Positions 1 to 8,810 of a DNA stretch of 64,000 nucleotides are shown piece after piece (the stretch's first letter is position 1; every line of letters starts with the position of its first letter). The notes below the pieces were generated by a model. That model saw nothing but the letters and a program-made list of their open reading frames with translations, had not been told where the DNA came from and did not search any database. The DNA comes from a virus (taxonomy: Duplodnaviria > Caudoviricetes). The stretch is from positions 1-64,000 of the IMG/VR virus record IMGVR_UViG_2922715855_000002, one strand, 5' to 3'. Position numbers and translations under genes: made by a program.

Positions 1-1215
1 TTAGTTCGCCTCTGTACGAGAAGACTTAGAATTATCTTGAAATATTGCATTTAATTTCTCAGCGGCTGAGCGGTCAGCAGATTCGATGACGTGACCATAT
101 ACATTCATTGTGGTTGTGATCTTGGAGTGTCCTAAGCGGTTGGAAATAATTTTAGCATGTACGCCTTTGTTTATTAATAAAGTCGCAGCAGTATGTCGGA
201 GATCGTGAAAACGGATATATTTTAATTTAGGATTTCGTTTGTGAAATGATCTCCACATTTCTCCAAGTGTTTTAGGATAGATAGGCTTTCCGTTGGGTTG
301 TGAAAATAGAAAGAAGTGATCTCCACCCAGCCAAGGTTCCTCGCTTTTTAATCTTTGTTTTTTTAACTCCGAAATATATGTTCTTAATTCATCGATGATA
401 CTCGAAGGGATAACAACCTTTCTTACAGATCCTTTTGTTTTAGGTGATTTAATAACTGCTTCTCTATTTACAAATTTAGGAATGCTCTGTTTTATGTGAA
501 TAATCTCATTATCTAAATCGATATGTTTTTCTTCCAATCCTAATAATTCTCCCCGACGCATTCCAGTTGTTAATGCAAGAATTATCAATATCCTAAACTT
601 TGCATTTTCCTTCTCTAATAATTTGAGAAGCAATTCAACTTCCTCTTCACTATAAACTTCCATTTCCTTTGTGGTTTCTTTTGGTTTCGATACACCTTCC
701 ATCGGGTTCTTAGGTATAACTTTCCAATTAACTGCTTTGGTGAAGATGCTTTTTAGAACCCTATAATTATAGACTAATGAGGCTTGCCCAAGTGTTCCTC
801 CATCCAATCTAGACCCTTCTTCTGAGAGTTTTTGCATATAATTAACAATATGCATTGTCTTAATCTTATCCAAACTCATATGGCCGAAATAGGGGAGGAT
901 ATGGCGTTTTACTTGGAAGTTATAATTTTCAATTGTTGTTGCCTCTAAATCTTTCTCGACAAACTTTGTTCTCCATTCCTCTACGAATGCTTTGAAAGAC
1001 ATCTTCTCCAGAGAAATATAATTCCCCGTCTCAACTTCAATTTTGAATTTTATTAGTTCCTCATCCAGATAATTATTTATCTTTTTTTGGGTTTTGAGAA
1101 GTGAGTCGTCGATTCTAATAGTTTTCGTCTTCTTGATCCTGCTACCATCTGGATTGTATCCTGCTTCAACTACTAAAAGATAAGAGTTTTTACCGCGTTT
1201 CTGATAGCTAGCCAT
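1..1215 (-). CDS. int: Tyrosine integrase of prophage 1
   Basis: TTGMRRGELLGL, RFHDLRHT and RLGHSKITTTMNVYGH catalytic motifs; 404 aa. Confidence 0.96.
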   Translation of the reverse strand: MASYQKRGKNSYLLVVEAGYNPDGSRIKKTKTIRIDDSLLKTQKKINNYLDEELIKFKIEVETGNYISLEKMSFKAFVEEWRTKFVEKDLEATTIENYNFQVKRHILPYFGHMSLDKIKTMHIVNYMQKLSEEGSRLDGGTLGQASLVYNYRVLKSIFTKAVNWKVIPKNPMEGVSKPKETTKEMEVYSEEEVELLLKLLEKENAKFRILIILALTTGMRRGELLGLEEKHIDLDNEIIHIKQSIPKFVNREAVIKSPKTKGSVRKVVIPSSIIDELRTYISELKKQRLKSEEPWLGGDHFFLFSQPNGKPIYPKTLGEMWRSFHKRNPKLKYIRFHDLRHTAATLLINKGVHAKIISNRLGHSKITTTMNVYGHVIESADRSAAEKLNAIFQDNSKSSRTEAN

Positions 1216-1233
1216 ATTAATCGGACCTCCTAA

Positions 1234-2172
1234 TTATTTTGGCCAAAACTTAACTTCCACTACTTTGCCAATTATCTTCACGTCTTTTGCTGGAATTAAT
1301 TGAGGCTCCATCGAAGGGTTAGAGGGTATTAACATGCATTTATCATCGTAATACTTTACCCTTTTTAATGTGGCAAAATCTCCATTGACTGCTACTACGG
1401 CAATGTCGCTTGAAAACACTTCATCTTGTCTCGTAACAATAACTAAATCCCCATCATATATACGATCCCCAATCATGCTGTCGCCTTTGACTCGAAGTGC
1501 GAAAGCTTCTTTACCATGCAGTGTTGCAGGGTCGACGAGCGTATATCCTTCACAATACTCTTGCCTATCTATTGGAATTCCAGCGGCAATCTGACCCAAT
1601 ACTGGAACGCGTCTCATATTGTCCGTTGAATAAATAGATGACCTCTCTTTTACATAAGAATTTTTATCATCATTTAGGCTGTATATGAATGATTGAAAAT
1701 CTTTCGGATCGTTTTCTGACATGTTTTCTAGTAGATCACCTAATATTTGTTTAAGTTCTTCTTCGTTTAGGCTCAATAAAAATTCAGGTGAATTAAAGTA
1801 TTCTATAGCCTCATCATTATCTGAATTTTCATTCTCTCCTATGACTTCCACTTGAAGCGGGTGCTTAGCTAACAAGTAAGAAAATAATTTTTCTAGTAGA
1901 GATGCTTTATTGATGGACTCTTTTATCTTTTCAGGCGCCTTTTCTAAATAACCAGCCATAACGAGTGCCTCAACATCTCCACCTGTAATTTCTGCTAATG
2001 CTCTGTTTATTTCTTCTGATGCGGGGTACTTAGGATCTTTCCGTAATTTAGAAATATAAGATCTATCAATCTTGATCCCCTTTAACTCGTGCATCCTCTT
2101 TGTTATTTCAGCAAGACTAAGACCACTTTTCTTGATGTATTCATCAACAAGAGCTGGATAATTCATCTTCAT
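1234..2172 (-). CDS. CI-like repressor with N-terminal HTH and C-terminal S24 (LexA-type) autopeptidase
   Basis: FALRVKGDSM (Ser) and ATLKRV (Lys) S24 motifs; divergent from a cro-like gene. Confidence 0.92.
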   Translation of the reverse strand: MKMNYPALVDEYIKKSGLSLAEITKRMHELKGIKIDRSYISKLRKDPKYPASEEINRALAEITGGDVEALVMAGYLEKAPEKIKESINKASLLEKLFSYLLAKHPLQVEVIGENENSDNDEAIEYFNSPEFLLSLNEEELKQILGDLLENMSENDPKDFQSFIYSLNDDKNSYVKERSSIYSTDNMRRVPVLGQIAAGIPIDRQEYCEGYTLVDPATLHGKEAFALRVKGDSMIGDRIYDGDLVIVTRQDEVFSSDIAVVAVNGDFATLKRVKYYDDKCMLIPSNPSMEPQLIPAKDVKIIGKVVEVKFWPK

Positions 2173-2216
2173 TTCTCCTCTACCTATTTAGATCTTACAA
2201 TCTGTATTTTAACACA

Positions 2217-2345
2217 CTGTTGATTTTTTATTCAACAGTTTTTTGGGTATGTGATCAAAAATTCATTGACTACGACAAAATTCGTTGATAATATTAAATC
2301 GTCAACAGAATGTGACTAAAAAATCAACAGTGAATATTGAGTCAC
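2217..2345. promoter_or_regulatory. Lysis/lysogeny switch operators of prophage 1, consensus (G/T)TGA-N8-TCA(C/A/T)
   Basis: CTGTTGA-N8-TCAACAG 2217-2238; GTGA-N8-TCAT at 2251; GTGA-N8-TCAAC at 2312; GTGA-N8-TCAC 2330-2345. Confidence 0.7.
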
Positions 2346-2383
2346 ATGTAATTTTTTTTAAAAAGATAGGAGGTGATTTCATT

Positions 2384-2650
2384 ATGAAATACCATGAACT
2401 TTTGAAACTCGGTATCGAAAAAGCGGACCTTTCCCTTGCTCAAATATGCAGACGAATGGACAAGAAAGGAGTCACCATCGATAGAGCGATTGTATGTAAA
2501 TTGAAGAACGGAAAAATCCCGCCAGCAAAAGATAATGTTAACAAGGTTCTCGCTCAAATATTAGAGATTGATGAATCTCAACTAAGAATCGCCGCTGCTA
2601 AAGAAACAATACCTGAAGACCTTTATAACCTCATTAAAGTTGCAGGATAA
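2384..2650 (+). CDS. Cro-like HTH protein resembling the repressor N-terminal domain
   Basis: AGGAGGTG RBS before ATG 2384; LSLAQICRRM/IDRAIVCKLK parallels LSLAEITKRM/IDRSYISKLR. Confidence 0.8.
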   Translation: MKYHELLKLGIEKADLSLAQICRRMDKKGVTIDRAIVCKLKNGKIPPAKDNVNKVLAQILEIDESQLRIAAAKETIPEDLYNLIKVAG

Positions 2651-2666
2651 AACAGGAGGGATACAA

Positions 2667-2978
2667 ATGACAGTTACTAAAAATTCAAATGACTTCATTA
2701 GCGAAATTAAAGAAGTGCTTTTAAATGAACTTCGTGAAGCAATCAATCAAGAAATCCCAAAAATCCTAGATCAGCGACGAATGACAGTTGCTCAAGCAGC
2801 AAAGTACATAGATGTGTCAGAAGATATTCTATATCTAATGTGTAAGGAAGGTGTGATACCTCATTATCGTGCTGGGTCTGAACGTTCAACGAGACAAATA
2901 ATCAGATTTAGAGTATCAGCACTAGATAAATGGATGGAAGAACAGGAACTAAAGTGTATGAAAGGAGCGACAGCGTGA
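2667..2978 (+). CDS. Excisionase-like HTH DNA-binding protein
   Basis: MTVAQAAKYIDVS...LDKWMEEQE; paralogue at 42355. Confidence 0.8.
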   Translation: MTVTKNSNDFISEIKEVLLNELREAINQEIPKILDQRRMTVAQAAKYIDVSEDILYLMCKEGVIPHYRAGSERSTRQIIRFRVSALDKWMEEQELKCMKGATA

Positions 2979-3634
2979 ATCAATTAATAACAATTCAAGG
3001 TGTCAGAGGTTATATCGATGATAAAGGAACAGCTCAATTGCATTTGGAAGACTTGGCCCGTGGCTTAGGATTCATTCAAAGAAAAAAAGAATATGAATAT
3101 GTTCGTTGGGAACGAGTTCATGGTTACCTTGCTGACATGGGATTTCCCCAATTGGTGGGGAAAGATTTTGTACCTGAAAATGTGTTTTATCGGTTGTCTA
3201 TGAAAGGCGAATCAGAAGCAGCTATATCTTTTCAATCCAAGGTTGCTGATGAAATTCTTCCAGCTATTCGTAGAACTGGTACGTACTCAGTCCCAACTTT
3301 AACACCTAATCAAGCAATGGCAGTTGCCTTGCAACAGACCGCGGAAATGATGACTCGTGTTCCAGAACTTGAATCAAAGATTGAAACGGTAGAGCGCAAA
3401 TTGGACAAGCAAATCACATTATTTAGCGGTGAGCAACGTCGATTGCAACAAGCTATTAATCAAAGGGTTTGCATTATCGAGCCAATAAAGTCTGAGCGTG
3501 CAGAATTATTCAGACAATTGCATCGTGACATTAAAAATCGATGGGCAGTTGCGAGTTATAAAGATGTATTACGACAAGACTTGCAGGGTGTCATTAGATA
3601 CGTGGATGCATGGGTGCCAATAAAAAAATTCTAA
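2975..3634 (+). CDS. Phage antirepressor-like protein with C-terminal ORF6C-type domain
   Basis: GTG start overlapping the upstream stop; LEDLARGLGF N-terminus; RDIKNRWAVASYKDV C-terminus. Confidence 0.75.
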   Translation: MNQLITIQGVRGYIDDKGTAQLHLEDLARGLGFIQRKKEYEYVRWERVHGYLADMGFPQLVGKDFVPENVFYRLSMKGESEAAISFQSKVADEILPAIRRTGTYSVPTLTPNQAMAVALQQTAEMMTRVPELESKIETVERKLDKQITLFSGEQRRLQQAINQRVCIIEPIKSERAELFRQLHRDIKNRWAVASYKDVLRQDLQGVIRYVDAWVPIKKF

Positions 3635-3647
3635 GGAGGTTAACATT

Positions 3648-4145
3648 TTGGAGATATCAGAAATCACATTGGTAAGTAGCGAATCACAGACTAGTAAATT
3701 CGAGTGGGTTAATCGCATTGGTTGCGTCGAATTGATTGCAAATTTATGTGTAGACTCTGATCTGAAATTTGATGAGGCTATAGGTCGTGTGCAGCTCGGG
3801 AGATATTGCAGTAACCCTCTGAAAATGACCAAGAAACAGCAATCTATGCTTAAGCGAGACTTTGTTAATAAAGTGAAGGATATTCACCATGAAAGAATGG
3901 TGCCAGAGGTGGGTGATACCGTGCGGGTGGCGAAACTCATTCCAAATAAATTTTTTAGTGGATACATCCAGGAAAGCAAAACCATTGTTGAAGCCGTTGT
4001 AGTTGCGGTCCGGAAAATGTCTAACGGAAATCATTACAGAGTTAAAAGGATACAGGATGGAGAAATGCAGGAAGGTAATGGACACATGATCAAGGGTATT
4101 CTTTCCAAAGGGAACCAGGAGGTGATAGGCCTTGAAGCCCAATAA
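3648..4145 (+). CDS. Hypothetical phage protein (paralogue of 43926..44405)
   Basis: Shared YCSNPLKMTKKQ and QEGNGHMIK motifs. Confidence 0.75.
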   Translation: MEISEITLVSSESQTSKFEWVNRIGCVELIANLCVDSDLKFDEAIGRVQLGRYCSNPLKMTKKQQSMLKRDFVNKVKDIHHERMVPEVGDTVRVAKLIPNKFFSGYIQESKTIVEAVVVAVRKMSNGNHYRVKRIQDGEMQEGNGHMIKGILSKGNQEVIGLEAQ

Positions 4146-4353
4146 TGAACTTGTGAACAGATTATTCGAACTTATAGTATTTTACCGTCAATTGTCTGCT
4201 GTCCAAAACCCGGATGGTACATGGGATTGGTTTCTGTGGAATGAAATACAGGAGATTGGGAGAGAAGTGTTTCAATCAAACGAAAATATGGCATCCCTGC
4301 CAGGACGCCATATCAAATCTTCAACAAATATATCAATAACAGTGTATCACTAA
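4132..4353 (+). CDS. Hypothetical protein
   Basis: Fills the operon gap; start uncertain. Confidence 0.45.
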   Translation: MKPNNELVNRLFELIVFYRQLSAVQNPDGTWDWFLWNEIQEIGREVFQSNENMASLPGRHIKSSTNISITVYH

Positions 4354-4392
4354 AAACGATGTTTATACAACCCCGAGCTAAGGAGGGGGAGG

Positions 4393-5352
4393 ATGGCTAA
4401 CCCACAAACCGGAAACGGGTACGTACGCCTTGCAAATGAGATTTGGGATGAAATACTACGCCGCGACTTTTCAAAGCGTCAGAAAGACATTCTGTTGCTT
4501 ATATTGCGACTGTCTTATGGATGTGGAAAGAAAACGGCACTTATACCAAAACTGAAATATTTTGCATTGTGCGGTATCGGACCCACTCATATCACAAATG
4601 AATTGAAATTTTTGCAAGAATGCAAAGTTATTACTTGGGATCGAAATGAAATGATCTTTTCGTTTAATAAGAATTACGATATTTGGCAGGTCAGCCCCGT
4701 TAGAGGTTGGAATAAAACGGATTTTGATGATCTTTTGCATATAAATCTAACGGAAAAAAAGTTACCGAAACGGGAAGTTACCAAATTGGGAAGTTACCAA
4801 AAAGGTAATGAGAAAGTTACCAAAAAGGTAAGTATAAAGTTACCAAAAAGGGAACTTCGACGTGTCTCAAACCCTTGCGGTTCTAAGGCGAAACGGCTGT
4901 CTAAAGACAGTATTAAAGACAGTATTAAAGACAGTATTAAAGACAGTAATAGATTTAAAGAAGAAGATTCTCTTTTTTTTAAACTTCAAGAGTATCGGAA
5001 AACGATTGAAGACAAGTACATCAAGCGCCGCGGAATTGGTTTGGAATTAAACGTTTCAGATGTGGCAGTTATAGATGATTTCATTGCTAAAAAAATACCC
5101 TTACAAGTCGTTTTGGATGGTATTGATAAAGCATTTAATGATTTTAAGCCACGGAACAATCGAGATCGAATAAACGGCCTGAATCAGTGTTCTCAAATCG
5201 TGTTCAGTCTAAACGCTCAATCAAACGAGGCTACCATATTTGAACCGGATGTAATAGAAGATGTTGCAGCATCACCAGAAGACCAACAAAGCGATGAAGA
5301 GGTACTTCGAATGCTTGAAGAGCTTAAAGCGAAAAGAGGTGAAATGGATTGA
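4393..5352 (+). CDS. Phage replication initiator (replication protein O-like)
   Basis: GYVRLANEIWD...DFSKRQKDILLLILRLSYG N-terminus; internal iterons; upstream of a helicase loader. Confidence 0.88.
   Translation: MANPQTGNGYVRLANEIWDEILRRDFSKRQKDILLLILRLSYGCGKKTALIPKLKYFALCGIGPTHITNELKFLQECKVITWDRNEMIFSFNKNYDIWQVSPVRGWNKTDFDDLLHINLTEKKLPKREVTKLGSYQKGNEKVTKKVSIKLPKRELRRVSNPCGSKAKRLSKDSIKDSIKDSIKDSNRFKEEDSLFFKLQEYRKTIEDKYIKRRGIGLELNVSDVAVIDDFIAKKIPLQVVLDGIDKAFNDFKPRNNRDRINGLNQCSQIVFSLNAQSNEATIFEPDVIEDVAASPEDQQSDEEVLRMLEELKAKRGEMD
4759..4860. repeat. Replication origin iterons (5 x AAGTTACC)
   Basis: Copies at 4759, 4775, 4791, 4814 and 4837 inside the initiator gene, as for lambda ori in O. 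Confidence 0.8.
4903..4948. repeat. 12-bp tandem repeat AAAGACAGTATT (3 full + 1 partial), encoding KDSI repeats
   Basis: Read directly. Confidence 0.9.
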
Positions 5353-6272
5353 TCGAAGAGATCGTAAAGTATATGCCTAATGACTACGCTAACAAGCTTA
5401 AACGCATGCAGGAGGCGTTGAACAATCATCCTGATGTAATTGCCTTGAAAGACTCGCATCCCGACAGAAAGGCGAAAGAGAGTGAATTATTCCATTACGC
5501 CCAAAGTTGTACGCGCTGCCGCTCTTGCCCAGGATTAGAAGATTGTAGAAATGAAATGTCAGGGCATCGCTTAGTGCCTGTTCCAGATCAACTTAAACCG
5601 GATCTTTTGAATTTCGCACTCCGTCCCTGCAAGCTGCAAGAAGCAAGTATGAAGCAATTACAAATTCAAAAATTGATAAGGTGTCATAACGTTAAGGACT
5701 ATATCAAAAATTCTATATTTGATGATTTGGATATTGATCAACGAAAAGCAGCAATAGTTGAGTGTATTAGGTTCTGTAATGACTTCAAACCAAACGAAAC
5801 CAAGGAAGGACTATATTTATACGGTTCTTATGGGGTCGGGAAGAGTCGTATCGCTGGAGCAATAGCCAATGAATTAGCGAAGCAAGGCGTCGATGTCGCA
5901 CTTGTCTATGTGCCGGACTTCCTCGAAGAGATGAAGGATTCAATTAGTGACAATACAGTTCAACAAAAAGTGGATGCTTTAAAAAGGGTAACTGTTTTAA
6001 TACTTGATGACATCGGGGCAGAAACGAATTCAAGTTGGACCCGTGATGGAATTATAAGCGCGATTTTAAACGATCGGATGGAAAAATTCACAACGATCTA
6101 CACATCAAATTTAACGATGAACGAACTTAATAGTCATTTCGCTAAAACTACAAAAGAAGGGATTAATCAAAAAAAAGCGGATCGACTTCTAGAGCGTATC
6201 GAACCGTTTGTGAAAGTTGTACCTGTTATCGGACGAAATCGGCGAAGAGATCGAAATAATCCTAGGGGATGA
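5349..6272 (+). CDS. DnaI/DnaC-like helicase loader
   Basis: Cys-rich N-terminus; Walker A GSYGVGKS; Walker B LILDDIGAE. Confidence 0.92.
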   Translation: MIEEIVKYMPNDYANKLKRMQEALNNHPDVIALKDSHPDRKAKESELFHYAQSCTRCRSCPGLEDCRNEMSGHRLVPVPDQLKPDLLNFALRPCKLQEASMKQLQIQKLIRCHNVKDYIKNSIFDDLDIDQRKAAIVECIRFCNDFKPNETKEGLYLYGSYGVGKSRIAGAIANELAKQGVDVALVYVPDFLEEMKDSISDNTVQQKVDALKRVTVLILDDIGAETNSSWTRDGIISAILNDRMEKFTTIYTSNLTMNELNSHFAKTTKEGINQKKADRLLERIEPFVKVVPVIGRNRRRDRNNPRG

Positions 6273-6490
6273 CATACATGTGTATGATTTGCAAAGGATC
6301 AAGGGTTGATGTTGCATTTAACGGTTCAATGATTATGGTTGGTCCGTGCATTTGTCAAGATGATGAAGATCATCCAGGAGCTAGAATGGACGGGCCTGGG
6401 TGGGGAGATATTCCTAACAACAAAAGAATCCATATCTGCGAATTGAACGAACGTACCCATAATAATACTAATTGGAGGATATTCCCATGA
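6269..6490 (+). CDS. Small Cys-containing hypothetical protein (paralogue of 46549..46761)
   Basis: MTYMCMICKGS N-terminus shared with the prophage 2 copy. Confidence 0.6.
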   Translation: MTYMCMICKGSRVDVAFNGSMIMVGPCICQDDEDHPGARMDGPGWGDIPNNKRIHICELNERTHNNTNWRIFP

Positions 6491-7014
6491 AATCATTTAT
6501 TAATACAAGAATGTTGTGCAAGCAGTTAAAGAAGGATACGAGCATTATTTGGAAACGTGAAGGTTCTACTCACTACATTACGAATCGGCAGTACATGGTG
6601 AAAAATGATGTATTACCAATTGATGTGATGACAACACTTTTCGGACGGTTTTTGCGGATTCCTGAGGACGGTGAGACGCTTCAAATGATTCACGGTGAGG
6701 TTAAGAGTGTGGATAAAGAATTTGGATTTACGGCGCTCTTTCGTCCAGATCAAGCGGTAATTGAGGGTGTGGCTACATCTTATGTAAAAGAACTAGATAG
6801 AGAGCAAGCAAGAATGTTGAAATTCAATGATCAATTTGCCATGGTCAACAATGATTATTTCGGGCTTTCGGATGAAAAAAGGCAAGTATTTGCAACCAGT
6901 GAAAACCTTTTGACTCCGCTTTATTTCGCTAACAAGCAATTGTTGATTTTGCCTTATAGAACAACTAAAACAGTAGATCCAATAGATGAGATTATCCAGA
7001 ATTTCGGGATTTAG
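6487..7014 (+). CDS. Hypothetical protein with a possible sliding-clamp-like C-terminus
   Basis: GGAGG RBS before ATG 6487; ends NNDYF...TPLYF...LLILPYR. Confidence 0.7.
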   Translation: MKSFINTRMLCKQLKKDTSIIWKREGSTHYITNRQYMVKNDVLPIDVMTTLFGRFLRIPEDGETLQMIHGEVKSVDKEFGFTALFRPDQAVIEGVATSYVKELDREQARMLKFNDQFAMVNNDYFGLSDEKRQVFATSENLLTPLYFANKQLLILPYRTTKTVDPIDEIIQNFGI

Positions 7015-7038
7015 GCGACCAAAGGGAGGGAGAAGGGA

Positions 7039-7857
7039 ATGACAGTACCACGAATTTTACATTATCCCGGCAGCAAGTGGAACTTGGCGCAATGGATCAT
7101 TGATCATATGCCGCAGCATGGGACGTATCTTGAACCGTTCTTTGGATCCGGTGCAGTGTTCTTCAATAAACCATCATCCAAGATAGAGACGGTCAATGAT
7201 ATGGACGGCGATGTAGTAAATCTGTTTAAGGTGATTCGAGATCGTGCAGACGATTTGATTCGCGAAGTCGAATGGACTCCATATTCGAGAGAAGAATATT
7301 ACGCTTCTTATGAACCGGATCCCGAAGCGGACGAATTAGAAAGAGCAAGAATGTTTCTTGTTCGGTGCTGGATGGCGCGTGGCGGAAAAACAAGTGATCG
7401 GACCGGATGGAAACACAATATCGATGCGAGTAAATGCCCCAACAGCAATATGCCGATTCAATGGTCCAGAGTGCCGGAGCGAATAAGCATGGTTACGGAT
7501 AGATTACGTGGCGTGCAGATTGAGCAGCAGGCGGCAGTCGATCTGATCAAACGATACAACAATAAAGATGTATTGATATATGCGGATCCTCCTTACATTC
7601 TCTCAACACGCAGCAAACGACTATATAAGCATGAAATGAAAGATCATGACCATATAGCGCTATTGGAAGTCTTAGACGATCATCCTGGTCCGGTATTGTT
7701 ATCTGGATATGCACACGAGTTGTACGATGAGCGGCTTAAACATTGGACGCGAGAAACAAAATCGGCGACTGCGGAAATGGGGAGAATCCGGACCGAAGTC
7801 CTTTGGATAAACCCAGTCGCTGCGGAACAAATGGGCCAGCTCGTTATGAATCTATAA
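7039..7857 (+). CDS. DNA adenine methyltransferase (Dam/D12 class), orphan
   Basis: YPGSKW, EPFFGSGAVF and DPPY motifs; no cognate endonuclease nearby. Confidence 0.93.
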   Translation: MTVPRILHYPGSKWNLAQWIIDHMPQHGTYLEPFFGSGAVFFNKPSSKIETVNDMDGDVVNLFKVIRDRADDLIREVEWTPYSREEYYASYEPDPEADELERARMFLVRCWMARGGKTSDRTGWKHNIDASKCPNSNMPIQWSRVPERISMVTDRLRGVQIEQQAAVDLIKRYNNKDVLIYADPPYILSTRSKRLYKHEMKDHDHIALLEVLDDHPGPVLLSGYAHELYDERLKHWTRETKSATAEMGRIRTEVLWINPVAAEQMGQLVMNL

Positions 7858-7871
7858 AGCCCTGATAGGAA

Positions 7872-7988
7872 TCAGCGAGGGGCTGAATTGAAGGCAACCC
7901 ATATGAGCAAATATATCAATCCGTAATGAACTATTAACCCAACTGCGCAGAAAGACAATATCAAGAGCACAAGTTTTTTGCCACTCAT
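7872..7988 (-). CDS. 38-aa hydrophobic peptide, not in the ORF track (MSGKKLVLLILSFCAVGLIVHYGLIYLLIWVAFNSAPR)
   Basis: GGAGGTG RBS 5 nt before the ATG; fills an otherwise empty 210-bp gap. Confidence 0.7.
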   Translation of the reverse strand: MSGKKLVLLILSFCAVGLIVHYGLIYLLIWVAFNSAPR

Positions 7989-8067
7989 GGATGCACCTCC
8001 AAATAGACTATAGCACAGGATATGGTGCTTGAACCAGTGATAACCAATTTATAGGGAGAGATGAGAT

Positions 8068-8745
8068 ATGGATATGAATTTAATCGTTAACAATACTTTG
8101 GCTGAATTAAAAGAAGAAGGATACATGGAAAAAGTTATCCGCAAGCACCTAGAGAAAACCATTGAGGATGTTGTTGAGGATAGCCTAAGAAGTTGGAGCG
8201 ATTTCGGTAAGAAAATGAAGGAACGGATTAAAGAGCAGATGGATTTTAGCTTAGAAAACCTTGATATACCGTCATACAATCATTTGATCATGAATGTAAT
8301 TAAAGGCGAGTTGAATCGTGCTATGGCAGATGAAGGCACAAAGATGATTCAAGAACAAATGCAAGAATTGCTTGGTACGGCGAAGGAAGAATACAAATTA
8401 TCAGACTTGATCAAGCAAATGGTCGAGGATGATTGCGAATTAGACGAACTGTGGTATGAAGATTACAAAGAAATAACAGTGATCGTTGAAGAGAAGTACG
8501 GAAATCAATATATTTACATCGATCCAGAAGAGGAGAAGGACTGGTATGAATGCAAATATATGATTGCTCTTAATAAGGACGGTACAGTCTGGAGATCCGA
8601 TGTAGACAAGAAGAATTTCGAAAATAGAGTTATCATGGGCGGTATTTATGGGTTAGAACGAATGATTTTCCAAATGTGGACTCGTAAATCAAAATTGATC
8701 ATCGATAATTATGAAACGTCGTTTACAAATCCTGAATACGAATAG
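8068..8745 (+). CDS. Hypothetical phage protein
   Basis: 225-aa ORF with RBS in the early operon. Confidence 0.8.
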   Translation: MDMNLIVNNTLAELKEEGYMEKVIRKHLEKTIEDVVEDSLRSWSDFGKKMKERIKEQMDFSLENLDIPSYNHLIMNVIKGELNRAMADEGTKMIQEQMQELLGTAKEEYKLSDLIKQMVEDDCELDELWYEDYKEITVIVEEKYGNQYIYIDPEEEKDWYECKYMIALNKDGTVWRSDVDKKNFENRVIMGGIYGLERMIFQMWTRKSKLIIDNYETSFTNPEYE

Positions 8746-8810
8746 GAACGGATATTAAGGAGAGGGCAAAGCCCAATGAGGGATAAACACTGAAATAGGA
8801 TCTAGTCCCT

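Noticed and set aside
4759-4948. Short repeats resembling a mini CRISPR array (also 45047-45221)
   Set aside because: The repeats are 8-12 bp, in frame within the initiator gene, without unique 30-40-bp spacers or cas genes.
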